Shown: piece after piece, positions 12,132-23,428 of the stretch
How positions within the stretch are numbered: the first letter of the stretch is position 1
How the letters are laid out: each line of letters begins with the position of its first letter
Assembly: GCA_030390025.1 (NCBI GenBank)
Contig: CM059432.1
Span: 126,730,001-126,794,000, forward strand
From: Squalus acanthias
Lineage: Eukaryota
Length of the DNA stretch: 64,000 nt
Reading direction: 5' to 3'
Translations under genes and position numbers: made by a program
The notes under the pieces: model-generated
Databases searched by the model: none
Seen by the model: only the letters and a program-made list of their open reading frames with translations
Told to the model about the DNA's origin: nothing

Positions 12132-12304
12132 CTGTAAAAGGTGAGGTTGGTCTGCTAGTGGAATTGCTTCAGCTAGAGAAACTTCAAATGGATTTGGTGG
12201 AATACAGCCGAGGAAGGTCATAGAATCAGAACGTCGGAAGAATGGGTGATTTTGGCCTGCTTCTGTGGACAGTGTCTCATCATCCTTGTCATGGAGACCA
12301 GAAC
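12132..12304 (-). CDS. UBR5: UBR5 exon, SGLHDKDDETLSTEAGQNHPFFRRSDSMTFLGC...PHLLQ
   Basis: 173 nt; acceptor attcag, donor GTAAA. Confidence 0.96.
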
Positions 12305-13245
12305 CTGAATGGGGGAGAAAAAAAACAATCACATTGAGATCACTGCATGCATGCAGTCATACTTACTGTGAGCAAACTAACTAGTTCAGTAATGATATGC
12401 AAGACAAAAACAAAAATGGACTTATCCAACAGGATTAAAAAACTGGAAATATGAATATTGCTCACAAAAAGGTATTTATTAAGTCGATATAAGCTGTGCA
12501 ACGACTATGTCTGCACCTAATTGGAACAACTGTTTTCAAAATGACATTGGGCTTTGAAAACAGCTGTTGCATTTAATGTATGGCACTTGTATAATAAATT
12601 AATCACTAGGCACCTCTACCTCACTCTCCCCAATCCAAGCACATATCAAACACAGCAAGGTATTTAGGAAAAATGGGAGATGAGGTATGGGGGGAAATCC
12701 CAGTTATATCCATAAACATAATAAATTAGCACACTGAGTCGACCCCTCAATCAAGGTCACTGGCATGTCTGCTCTACTGCTCAGTATGTGAAGTGAAGGA
12801 ACAGAACCCCAGGATGGAACAGTCCTAAGGTTCATCTGGGTGAAGCACTTAACATTTCCCTTAAACTAAACTTGCCCTTCAAAAAAAGCCTAAAAACAGC
12901 TTTCTTAAGACAGGTTTATGAAATTGCAATCTTGAACAGAACAAGCTAGAACATGGTTGAACTAAAAATAGCACGCCAATGCATCAAAGGACATCCAGGA
13001 TGAGTAAACAAACTCAGGTTTTGGAAAGACCAATTTGTCAGCAATTAGAGAATCAGAAAAATGAACCAACTGGTGCTACAGGTTAGGTAAATGACTGAAA
13101 GCTTGTTATGCAAACAAGTCCACATCAGGAACAGTTAATATAGAGGCATCCGTACCTATGGAGGTACATCGGAGTGGAATTTAGAAAAATGTGACTGTGT
13201 GCAGCTGCCTTTATTTGCAATACAAACAGCTAATTTACAGACTTT

Positions 13246-14632
13246 AGGGGTAGAATTTTATCTGGGCCCACTTTTAGGTCCAGACTCGGTGCTACACAAA
13301 GCCCGAGGCCCGCACAAAATTGGGTGTCAGGTCTCATCGAAATAATGGGCGAGCTACCCGTCGCAACTAAATAGGTAGCTCGCCCAGTTCAGACAACTAA
13401 TTTCAAGCCGCTTGCTTCACTGGCAGTCAATGTTTCCTTTAAGGTGCGTGGCTGCACAGCGACCTGTGAGCTGGACCGGGGGAAGGGGCCCAATACCCAG
13501 GGTCAAAGCGCGAGTGGGAAAAGGTCAGAGATGAGAGAATGGTCCGGGAATCCTCACAGGGAGAGTCGTTTGTGATCTCAGAGAGCCGATTCAAATTGGA
13601 ATGGCATATGCCAAGATAGAGAGCCCTGGAACCCGGTGAGCATTGTCTCTGGATTCTGTCGGTACTTTTTTCACGGAGACGCGTGTAGTCGGTTCCTGGG
13701 GTTTGAGTGGCGGCTGCACTTTGGAACACGCCGCAGGAGCCGGTTATTGATCGGAGAAAGCTGAGGAAAAGGCTTCTGCAGTAACCAGGGTGTGGTTTCA
13801 CCGAACAGCTCAGAGACTTCAATGTGCGCGGCAGGCAGGAAAGAATTAGTTATATTTAGAATATATTTTTAGGTTAGCTTTTTAAAAAATAAATCCCATT
13901 TAATGTCTGTATATTTAATGTAAATGTTTATTAAGTAAACAAACGTTAACGTCCAACGGTGTTTATTTTTCTTAAAAATGTCCAACGTTTTTGAAACTGA
14001 AGTCAAAAAGAAGACGACAACGTGTTGCAGGTTTGTGAAAAGTGGACTATTGACAAACTGATCGCCCCTCGATGTTTCAGAACTTTCCCGATCTCTAGAT
14101 GGTGAGTGGCTTGGTTAACCACTTCAAGCAAACTTTTTTTTTGATGTTTCACGTTTCAATTCATGCGGTGTAATGCAGGTGAGCCGTGGATGTGTAACCC
14201 AAGAAGACAGGCCCTGAACTGGAAATGTTGATGTGAAGGAGTGCCTGATTAAAACTGAACAATACCAAGGCAGGAGGGGGAGGGAAGCACGTTTTAATCT
14301 TAAATTAGGCCGCAGTTCTACAATCACTTTTGCTCCCATGTAAAGTGGTTTTGGATGCACTTCAAAAAGTGGTGGTATAACCTGAGAGATAATTGAGGGT
14401 GCTAAAGACGTGAGGCATGAGTCTCGTACGGGTTTATATTTGCACCGAGTGCACGATAACTCCAGCTTTAGTTTCTCACCAACTCCCAAAACTGTTGGAA
14501 ACAAAGTTATTGCTAATGTCAGGTGTAATAAGAAAACGTAACAGAACAAGTAATTTGCTTCATCAAGCGTTTTCCTTCCACCAACAATATCCAGTCTATT
14601 TGTTTTTAGGATGAGACGTTAAATCTGCTCCA
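13246..14632. mobile_element. Probable non-autonomous DNA transposon remnant
   Basis: CpG-rich left part; perfect 13-bp inverted repeat at 13346-13386; imperfect termini ggggtagaatttta / ttaaatctgctcc. Confidence 0.35.
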
Positions 14633-14696
14633 GTGGTTCAGATGGATTAATAAGGGACAGCCAGAACAGATTTGTTAAAGGAAAGACGTGTCTGAA

Positions 14697-15042
14697 TCCC
14701 TATCTCTAATCTCCTTCAGCACCCCCCGCCCTCCCAAGAGATATCTGCACTCCTCGAATTCTGCCTTCGAGCATCCCTGATTATAATCGCTCAACCATTA
14801 GTGGCTGTGCCTTCTGTTGCTTAGGCCCTAAGCTCTGGAATTCCCTGCCTAAACACCTCTAGCTCTCTTTTCTCCTTTAAGACGCTCCTTAAAACCTACC
14901 TCTTTGACCAAGCTTTTAGTTACCTGCCCTAATTTCTCCTTATGTGGCTCGGTGTCAAATTTTTTGTCTTATAATACTCCTGTGAAGCACCTTGGGACGT
15001 TTTACTACGTTAAAGGCACTATATAAACACAAGTTGTTGTTG
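14697..15042 (+). mobile_element. L2-clade LINE 3' end
   Basis: Highly similar to 30462-30810; ends in gcactatataaacacaagttgttgttg. Confidence 0.85.
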
Positions 15043-15627
15043 ACCTGATTTGAGTACATTAAAGAGGGGTACACGAGTAGCCATCCTGTATCGGGAAGTC
15101 AGTACACATTCTTGCAGCTTTTGATTCCCTCCATGTATGTGTCATAAACTCAGGTATTCTATCCGTAGGCAACTTAACCAGGCACCACAGCACAGCTTGT
15201 GTTGGCTACCGAAATGTGTTACAAGCAACATTTTACAGATTGCAATAGATGCTTTTTCCCCGTTGTGTGTTTCCGTAGGGACAGCTAAGCAGCATCAGCT
15301 AGCAGGGCTTAAGGGTGTAGACTCATTCATCTTGCATGATACAGCATCAATCGCTGTATATGCAGCAAGCAACAACCCAGGAATATTTACTCTGGGAGAA
15401 GGTGTAGTCAGATTTAGAGCAGGAAGCAGTGAAGTAAACACACAGCATGAATGAGAGGAGCAGGTGCAGGTATCAGCAAAAGAGCAGGAAGAAGTTGGCT
15501 TGAGGTCACCCTGGGGTTTTCCTTCCAGTTGATACAGAAAGTCTCTCCTCTGTCTGATCCACTGTGCACATTTATTAGAATGCTGCAGCCTCCAAATCTT
15601 TCAGTACAGTTAGTCGGGCACTGCACC

Positions 15628-16849
15628 TTCTTCTTCTTAGGCAGTCCCTCAGAACCGAAGATGACTTGCTTCCACATTAAAAATGAGTTCTCAGGTGACT
15701 GATGAGTCCAATGCAGGACCGACAGTCTCTGTCACAGGTGGGGCAGACGGTGGTTGAAGGGGCGGGTGGGTGGGGTGCGTTCCATGCACTTGGCTTCCGC
15801 TTGCTCCCAGCGAAGAGACTCGAGGTGTTCGGTACCTTCCTGGATTCTTCTCCTCCACTTTGTGCGGTCTTGGGCCAGGGATTCCCAGTGCCGGTGGGGA
15901 TGTTGCACTTTTTCAAAGAGGCTTTGAGGGCGTCCTTGAAGCGTTTCCTCTGCCCACCTGGGGCTCTCTTGCCGTGTCGGAGCTCAGAGTAGAATGCTTG
16001 TTTTGGGAGTCTCTTACCAGGCATGCGGACGATGTGACCCATCCATCGGAGCTGATAGAGCGTGGTCAAAGCTTCGATGCTGGCCTGAGCGAGAACACAG
16101 ACGTTGGTGCTCCTATCCTGCCAATGGATTTGCAGGATCTTGCGAAGGCAGCATTGGTGGCACCTCTCCAGTGCTTTGAGGTGCCTGCTGTACATGGTCC
16201 ATGTCTCTGAGGCATACAGCAGGGCGGGTATCACTGCTGCTCTGTAGACCATGAGCTTAGTACCGGGTTTGAGGTCCTGGTCTTCAAACACTCTCTTCCT
16301 CAGGCGACCGAAGGCTGCACTGGCACACTGAAGGCGGTGTTGGACTTCGTCATCGACATCTGCACTTGTTGATAGTAGGCTCCCGAGGTATGGAAAGTGG
16401 TCCACGTTGTCCAAGCCCTTGTCATGGATTTTGATAATTGGGGGGCAGTGCAGTGTGGCGGGGCAAGTTGGTAGAGGACCTTTGTCTTATGGATGTTTAG
16501 CGTAAGGCCCATGCTCTCGTACGCTTCGGTGAAGGTGTTGACGATGGTTTGGAGTTCGACCTCCGAGTGAGCGCAGACGCAAGCGTCGTCTGCAGACTGT
16601 AATTCAACGACAGAGGATGGGACGACCTTGGATCTGGACTGGAGGCGACGGAGGTGGAACAGTTTCCCGTTTGTTCTGTAAATTAGCTCCACTCCAGCGG
16701 GGAGCTTACTGAGGGAGAGATGGAGCATTGCAGCAAGGAAGATCGAGAAGAGCGTTAGTGCGATGACACAGCCTTGCTTGACCCCGGTGCGTACGTGAAT
16801 TGGGTCTGTGGTGGAACCGTTGGTCAGGATCACTGCTTGCATGTCGGCA
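15628..16849 (-). mobile_element. 5'-truncated RTE-clade LINE (RT C-terminal half plus C2H2 finger), frameshifted
   Basis: TGVKQGCVIALTLFSIF, ELQSADD, FPYLGS, CPTC...HLRTH; (GAA)n tail; 11-bp TSD ggcactgcacc at 15617-15627 and 16850-16860. Confidence 0.93.
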
Positions 16850-17266
16850 GGCACTGCACCAACACACTGAGCAGTGACAGCTGCTAACATCTGAGTGGTG
16901 TTAAACAAATTCCAAACCAGTCAAAGATCGACAGCTCATGAAAGAGTTTAGCAGAATTTTAAAATATATTATCGTCAGGGAAAATGAGGCAAAACAAACT
17001 TCAAGCTTCAATTGGTGAATTGCAGGCCAGTAATGCACAGATCATTCCGGTACCGTGCAAAAGGGCAAACCTTGCGCCGCTCTGCACAGTACGCTTGGAA
17101 TTATAACTACAGATACGGTTTATTCAGCAGGGTAAGGGCTATTTACCATATAACTTCAGATTTACTGTTTATTCAGAATAACTTGCATTCATATAGCACC
17201 ATTAACGTGGAAAAACACCCCAAGGTGCTTCACAGTGGAGTGATCAGGTGCAAATGAACAGAGCCA

Positions 17267-18012
17267 GGTGAAACAGCGATTTACTTGTACTTCTTGCAAT
17301 TTAGTATACTGTATTCGCTGCTCACGATGTGGTCTCCTCTACATTGGGGAGACCAAACGCAGATTGGGTGACCGCTTTGTGGAACACCTCCGTTCAGTCC
17401 GTAAGGGGGACCCCGAGCTCCCGGTGGCCTGTCACTTTAATTCACCGCTCCATTCCCACTCAGATCTCACCGTCCTCGGCCTCTTGCATTGTTCCACGGA
17501 AGCTCAGCCTAAGCTCGAGGAACAGCACCTCATCTTTCGATTAGGCACTCTACAGCCCTCTGGACTCACATAGAGTTCAACAATTTCAGATCATAACCTC
17601 GGCCCCCGGCCCCCATTATTTATTTATTTATATAAGTTTTTTTATCCACACTTTTTGTTTGGCCTTTTTTTCTTCCCTCCCGTATGCCAGCTGTCCTTCA
17701 TTCTGCCAGCGCAATTCACACTTCATCTAGAGCCATCCTTTGTTCCTTAACCTGTCCCATTACCACCTCCTCTTGCCTTGAATATCTCTTAATGTCTCTT
17801 AATCTCTCCTGCTTTCTATCCTGTCACAGACCTTCCCTTTTGTTCTTTCATCCCCTCCCCCTTTTCCCAGCCCCTAAACTTGCTTTAAAATCTATTCCAT
17901 TTCCTGCTTTTTTCCAGTTCTGACAAAAGGTCTTCGACCTGAAACGTTAACTCTGTTTCTCTCTCCACAGATGCTGCCTGGCCTGCTGAGTTTTTCCAGC
18001 GTTTTCTGTTAT
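17267..18012 (+). mobile_element. Penelope-like retroelement 3' part: GIY-YIG endonuclease remnant and terminal repeat
   Basis: ORF 17268-17573 NLVYCIRCSRCGLLYIGETKRRLGDRFVEH...E...L.TL.P.GL; pyrimidine-rich terminal repeat shared with 32868-33114. Confidence 0.92.
17916..17952 (+). ncRNA. Minimal type I hammerhead ribozyme motif, core mutated (CUGACaA)
   Basis: agtt-CTGACAA-a-aggtc ttc gacct-GAAA-cg-TT-aact; stems I and II pair. Confidence 0.7.
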
Positions 18013-19227
18013 TAAGGGGATATTAGAATTGGGTGCCAAAGGCTTGGTCAAAGAGATGGGTTTTCAGGAGGTTCTTCAAGAAGAGAGAGGTAGACCCAAG
18101 GTGTTCAAACTTGGCTTCCGTAGGACTTTAATGTGAGTCATATCACATGAAGCCCAGAATGTATATTGAAGCGAGGTTCCTTCTCACCAAACCTCCAGGC
18201 CTCGACATAATGGCCAAACACTGCTAATCAATTTAACCTGATGTTTCCTGTCTGAATTTACAAAAGGAAGAGATGACCTGGACAATCCTAAATAGTTAAT
18301 GTGACCGTGCTAATAGTTACTAATGTGTTAGCTTCGGTGCCTCCATTGTTCTGGCCAATCTGCTATTTACACCTCATGATGTTGCCAACCCATCTGCTTC
18401 TTCCTACTCCCCCCATTGTCCTGACTAATCTCCAATATTAGCATATCCTAATCGGACAATTGACGCCGAAATGTTCCGATTAACTTTAATGGACGCCTGA
18501 CACAGCAAATTCTAACACGAGACACGTGTAATATAGTTTTTGTAAGTGCTGTGGCCTGATGGAGATTAAATACAGCCACTAATGAAGTTTACAAACCAAG
18601 AGCGAGCAACTGATTTCATGATTTAAGGGAGTTTGTCTGATCGTCTCAATGAGACGGTGAGGTGGCAATATGGCATTACTGTTTATATGCTTTTAAGTGT
18701 TTGCTGTTGTTGTAAAATTTGCTAATGGATAAAAAGGTCGCGCTCAAAGGATCTCGTGACCCACTCAGTCCAAAGAAAATTAAGGGGAACATTGTTGGCA
18801 GTGGCCCTCGGGTAAGTACCGGGAGTGGAAACAGGGAGAAAAAGAGCATAGCTTTGGGGGGGGGGGGGGGGGGGAAAGAGACGGGGACCACACGGAGAAA
18901 GAGATTGCAGCCGGCAGGAGTTCTGCGGAGCCAGGAGGTGCACACCTGCTCCTCCCGTCTCCACATCAATTTTTTCTTCAAATCCCAAAACATGCATTAG
19001 GCCATTATTAGCATATTTAATGGTCCCAATGCCCGTTTTAGACATCCGCCCTGTACACCTGAAAAAATGTCTGGACCTAATTTCGGGTCGAATTTTTTTC
19101 AGGCGTCCTTGGGGTGCAGTCCCTGAAATTGGGCTCCACATCACCAGTTTTAGATCTTTAAACCAGGCGCAACAAAGTCCAATTTCTATCCCAGAGTCTA
19201 CATTTGCCATATTATACCATTTAAAAA

Positions 19228-19978
19228 TATTGGCCCAAAAATTAGTCTTAGTACGCGAGAGTACGCACTGTGTACTCTCGCGTATTCTGTCTCCAATTGC
19301 CGGTTTTCTGCATGCACTGCGCATGCGCTGAAAACCGGCACTTGGTGAACTCAAAAGGGGGCGGTTCCTAAGTGAACCGCGTGCGCGCTACAGGCTGCGC
19401 GCACGCAGTGCACTTAGTGCTTTGAACGCGCAGGTAAGCATGGAAGATTTTGCACAAAGAAAGGAGGCGTAAGACCCTCTTTTAACAAGGTAAGTAGTTA
19501 ATTAAGTATTATTTTTAATTTTTTTCAACAGGTTTATCTTTTTTTTTAGAGACTTTAAAGAAAGGTAAGTTTATTTTTATAACTTTTAAAAAGATTTTAA
19601 ATTTTTTCAAAAATTTAATTTTTTGTTTAGTGGTTAATTTATTTAACTATACTTATTTTATTAATGTGATGGTTTTAAAAAAAAATTTAATTGAGGTTTA
19701 GCTGTTCTTTTGGGGGGGTATAGATTCATAGCTTTGACAGCCCTTGCTGTCAAAACTATGAATGAAAGATGGTGTGCTGCCATTGGCTCTAACTGAATCA
19801 CGTGATCCCACAGCTCGCACGAATTAACTGCGTCTGTGGGATACGCACACACTGCACAGCTGCAGCCTTGAAACTAAAGTTCGTGTGAGCTCGGAAGGAA
19901 AAGGCAGGCGCGCAGTGAGATATCGCGGGGAAGCCTTACCCCCGCAGGAAGGCTCCGTCTTTAATTTCTGGGCCAATA
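19228..19978. mobile_element. MITE-like element with 17-bp terminal inverted repeat and serial internal hairpins
   Basis: tattggcccaaaaatta (19228-19244) and taatttctgggccaata (19962-19978), 1 mismatch; the outer TA may be the TSD. Confidence 0.75.
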
Positions 19979-20176
19979 AAAAAGTACTCCAGCCACAATG
20001 GAGAAATTGCCTCTGCTGGAACATATTGCAGAAGTCAATCACCAAGTGCATGCTCTCAAAAGTCCATTCACAGTTGCATAGAGGCAATGAAAAATTTCAG
20101 AATTAAAAAAGACACAGAACTATAAGAGTCTGTCCTCAATAGTTTGCAGGCTCTTGCTACGCACAAAAATACTCAC

Positions 20177-20250
20177 TTTGATTGGTATCATCATCGTTTT
20201 CATGTTCCGAATCCTCATTGTCAAGACCCAGCTCCAACAACTCTCGAGTC
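20177..20250 (-). CDS. UBR5: UBR5 exon, TRELLELGLDNEDSEHENDDDTNQ
   Basis: 74 nt; acceptor ttcatag, donor GTGAG. Confidence 0.95.
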
Positions 20251-21124
20251 CTATGAAGAGTGGCACATTATAGATTTAGTTCCAAATATAAAACCATAGG
20301 TCTTCTAGTTTTAATGATTGTTGGTAAAAATGAACTTAATTTACAAATATATTAAACATAGAAAGGTGAATAGCTTTTAAAATAACTACAGATGACCACT
20401 TTTGTTTTTGAATAACATGCGACCCATAAACCCAAGAACAATTAGATTTTAAGCCAAATGTCCCCTTCACAGTGGAGTCCTCTTTATTGCCGTTCGAAAA
20501 AAATCATATGGTCCATTTCATCCCCACCCTATTATTTGAGAACATCCAAATACTATAATGTACTCCAGAAATATACTCTATGTAACATATCAAGCAGTTC
20601 ATCAATTTATATTAGGTGTTTTTGAATATTTTGTATATATATATAAAAACAAAGAAGCTGAAAATGTTTACGCCATTGTTTTTCCCCTTCCACAATTTAC
20701 ACCTCAGAGTTTCAAACACCATTCATTAGGTCAAGAGTCTATGGTAGTGCCACTCCATATCCAAACATAGAGCAGCAACAAGGTGACTCTCCCTCCTTAT
20801 AAAGGAAGGAAAGAACTTGCACTTATATAGCGCACATTCCACGTCACAAAGATGAATTACTTTTGAAGGGTCAGAAGTATTTAAATTAAAAATAGTAAAA
20901 TCATGTAAACATATGCCAAGTTTTTTTTCTCCAGTAATTAACTATTACTTGATGGAATCATTACAAATTTACCACCAATGTTAATTCTTTAGTGTGATGT
21001 TGATTACTCAGCTACACAAGAATCTATGCCAGCATCCATCATGAAACCAACGAACAAATGACCACGACCCACAGAACAGAAACAAAACAGACTCCACAAG
21101 CCTCGTAGCATACATGAACTACAA

Positions 21125-21522
21125 GTATCAGTTAATTGGTAGCATTCTTGCCTTAAAGTGGTGGGTAAAAGCCACACTCCAGGACTTGAGCACATAATCT
21201 AAGCTGACCTACGAGTACAGTACTGACTGAGTGCTCGTGTTTAGATGAAATGGTGCCATCTTATGATGAAACCAAGGTCCCATTATTTGCATGTACAGAG
21301 ATCCCTGGATAGTATTCAAAGAAAAGCATGATGATTGATGATGTTCTGGCCAACAGCACTCTCGTCAACCACCAAAAACCATTAATTGGTCATTCATCTC
21401 AATTGCTGCTTGCAAACTGACTGCTGCATTTGTCTACAAAACAAGGATGACAAGTAACTCATTGATTATGAAACACTTCAGCATGATCTGAGGATCTGAT
21501 AAGCTATCATATAAATAAGTTT
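21125..21522 (+). mobile_element. Degenerate DeuSINE (SacSINE1-like)
   Basis: Colinear with 59536-59972: tRNA-like head, gttctggccaac core, L2-like tail. Confidence 0.7.
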
Positions 21523-22312
21523 TTACATCTAATTACTTTAAAGCTGCAATCTCCTTTGATTTTCAGATGACTATTGCAAGTCTGTGTTTAGGACATCATT
21601 TAAAATCCAACACCTGAAGAACCATGTGAAGTGCAAATCCATCATATTTTAAACTGGGATGAAGCACACAAATAACAAAATTGTTTTTTCTGATGGGAGG
21701 AGAGGTGGATGTGGAAATAATAGAAGGAAAATAAAATTCCAGTAAGTACTTTCTAAACCTAATTTGAATTTCAGAAAACTACTGCAAATGTAAAAATCCA
21801 AGAGGAAAATTACAGCTCTGTGACGAGTCATAATGACACAAAGGAGATGGTTTGTGCTTGTCGGAGGCCAAACATAGCCTCGAAACACTGATGCAGGAGT
21901 TCCTCAGGGAAGGATTCTCAGCCTAACCATCTTCTGCTAACTCAAAGACCTTCCCTTCCATCAAAAGGTCAGAGTGAGGTTTTTTTTGCTGAAGATTCTA
22001 TAGCATTCAGCACAATCATTTCTTCAATAATGAAGCAGCCATGCCAGCCTACACCAGGATCACATATGAGGTGGTTAATGACCACCAACAAGAAAATGCC
22101 TCACCACCTTGCATGATCTTCAACAGCACCACAATTGCTGAATTCCCCCATCAACAAGCGTAACTGTAACAGCCATATTAACAATGTGGCTACAAGAGCA
22201 GGGCAGAGGCTGGGACTCTGCAATGAGTGGCATACCTATTCTCCCCTCAAAGCCTCTCCACCATCTATAAGCTCAAGTCAGGAGTGTGATGGAATTCTCA
22301 CCTGGATAGGTA

Positions 22313-22460
22313 CAGAAGGGAAAGAGAGAGAGAGAGAGAAAAAAAGGAGAAAAGGAGAAAGAGAAAAAAAAGAGAAAAAAAAAGGAGAGAAAGAAAAAGA
22401 AAGGAGAGAGAGAAAGGAAGAAAGGAGAGAGAGAGAAAGGAAGAAAGGAGAGAAAGAAAG
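22313..22460. repeat. Pure purine (GA/AAAG) low-complexity tract, expanded SINE tail
   Basis: About 145 nt of A/G only, directly adjoining the SINE 3' end. Confidence 0.9.
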
Positions 22461-22782
22461 ACTTGCATTTATATAGTGCTTTTCACGACCACCGGACATT
22501 CCAAAGCACTTTAAAGCCAATGAAGTACTTTTTGAAGTGTAGTCACTGTTGTAATGTGGGAAACGCGGCAGCCAAATTGCGCACAGCAAGATCTCACAAA
22601 CAGCAATGTGATAATGACCAGATAATCTGTCTTTTTTTGTGATGTTGAATGAGGGATAAATATTGGCTAGAACACCAGGGATAACTAACGCCCCTGCCCT
22701 TTTTCGAAATAGTGCCATAGGATCTTTTACGTCCAGCTGAGAGAACAGACAGGGCCTCGGTTTAACGTCTCATCCAAAAGAC
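22458..22782 (-). mobile_element. DeuSINE (SacSINE1-like), 5'-truncated
   Basis: Reverse complement has gagacgttaaaccgaggccc...gtaaaagatcctatggcact...cctggtgttctagccaa core and an L2-derived tail. Confidence 0.8.
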
Positions 22783-23197
22783 ACAGGAACACAAGCAGCT
22801 CAACATCATCCAGAAGAGAGCAGTCCACTTTATCAGTGACAGTGCAGTCTACTAGGTAGTGCCCCCTCCACTATCAGCTCACTGGGCTGCAGCACATGAT
22901 ATCTACAGGATATACTGCAGAAAACCCAACCCTGCGATCTCTACCACCAAGAAGGACAAGAGCAGCAAGATCAAGGGAACACCATCACCTCCAAATTCCC
23001 AGAATTGTCACACATATACTGCTGTTCCTTCATCACTGCTGGGTCAAAATCCTTACAATTCCTACCCAATACCATTGTTGGCACACCATAAGCATAAGGA
23101 CTACAAGGTGGCCAATTAGGGGTGGATAATTTTTTTAAATCAATTTTTCCAGCAACTCACATCCTAAAGTAAATTTTTATAAAGTGAACACAAGTAC

Positions 23198-23428
23198 CGT
23201 TTTCGATCTAGTTGCGGTGTATCCAACGTTGTCTGCTGGTTCATTGCTTTAATCCAATAAATAAGTGCCTGGAAAACGTATGCTACGTGCTTTAGTGAAC
23301 AAACATCCAACACTGGAAGGACATCAGAATGTTCATCATTATGGGAACGCATCAGAGAAAGGGCGTAATTGAGAAAATCACCACGTGCAGACATCATTCC
23401 TTGGCGAGCATTTAACAAGGTAGCACGT
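23198..23428 (-). CDS. UBR5: UBR5 exon, [35 protein letters not shown]...PQLDRK
   Basis: 231 nt; acceptor ccccag, donor GTACT. Confidence 0.97.

Larger units (their letters stand above)
17178..18100 (-). mobile_element. L2 3' tail split by the Penelope insertion (pieces about 17178-17266 and 18013-18100)
   Basis: The joined pieces are colinear with the L2 end at 31562-31740 (gagcca...ggggatatt...gcttggtca). Confidence 0.65.
21850..23128 (+). mobile_element. Heavily decayed CR1-group LINE, interrupted by a SINE
   Basis: AGVPQG motif (gcaggagttcctcaggga), SHINNVATRAGQRLG, SQECDGIL remnants; the 3' end is related to 31075-31180. Confidence 0.6.

Noticed and set aside
13439..14549. 127 aa and 141 aa ORFs as a possible transposase
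   Set aside because: No DDE, HTH or other motif visible, and both use non-ATG starts.
18676..19354. Overlapping 93-210 aa ORFs on both strands
   Set aside because: No recognisable domain; they arise from GC-rich repeat-like DNA and a G homopolymer.
22135..22718. ORFs with K/E/R-rich or F/S/L-rich translations
   Set aside because: Read-through of the purine microsatellite and SINE; not genes.
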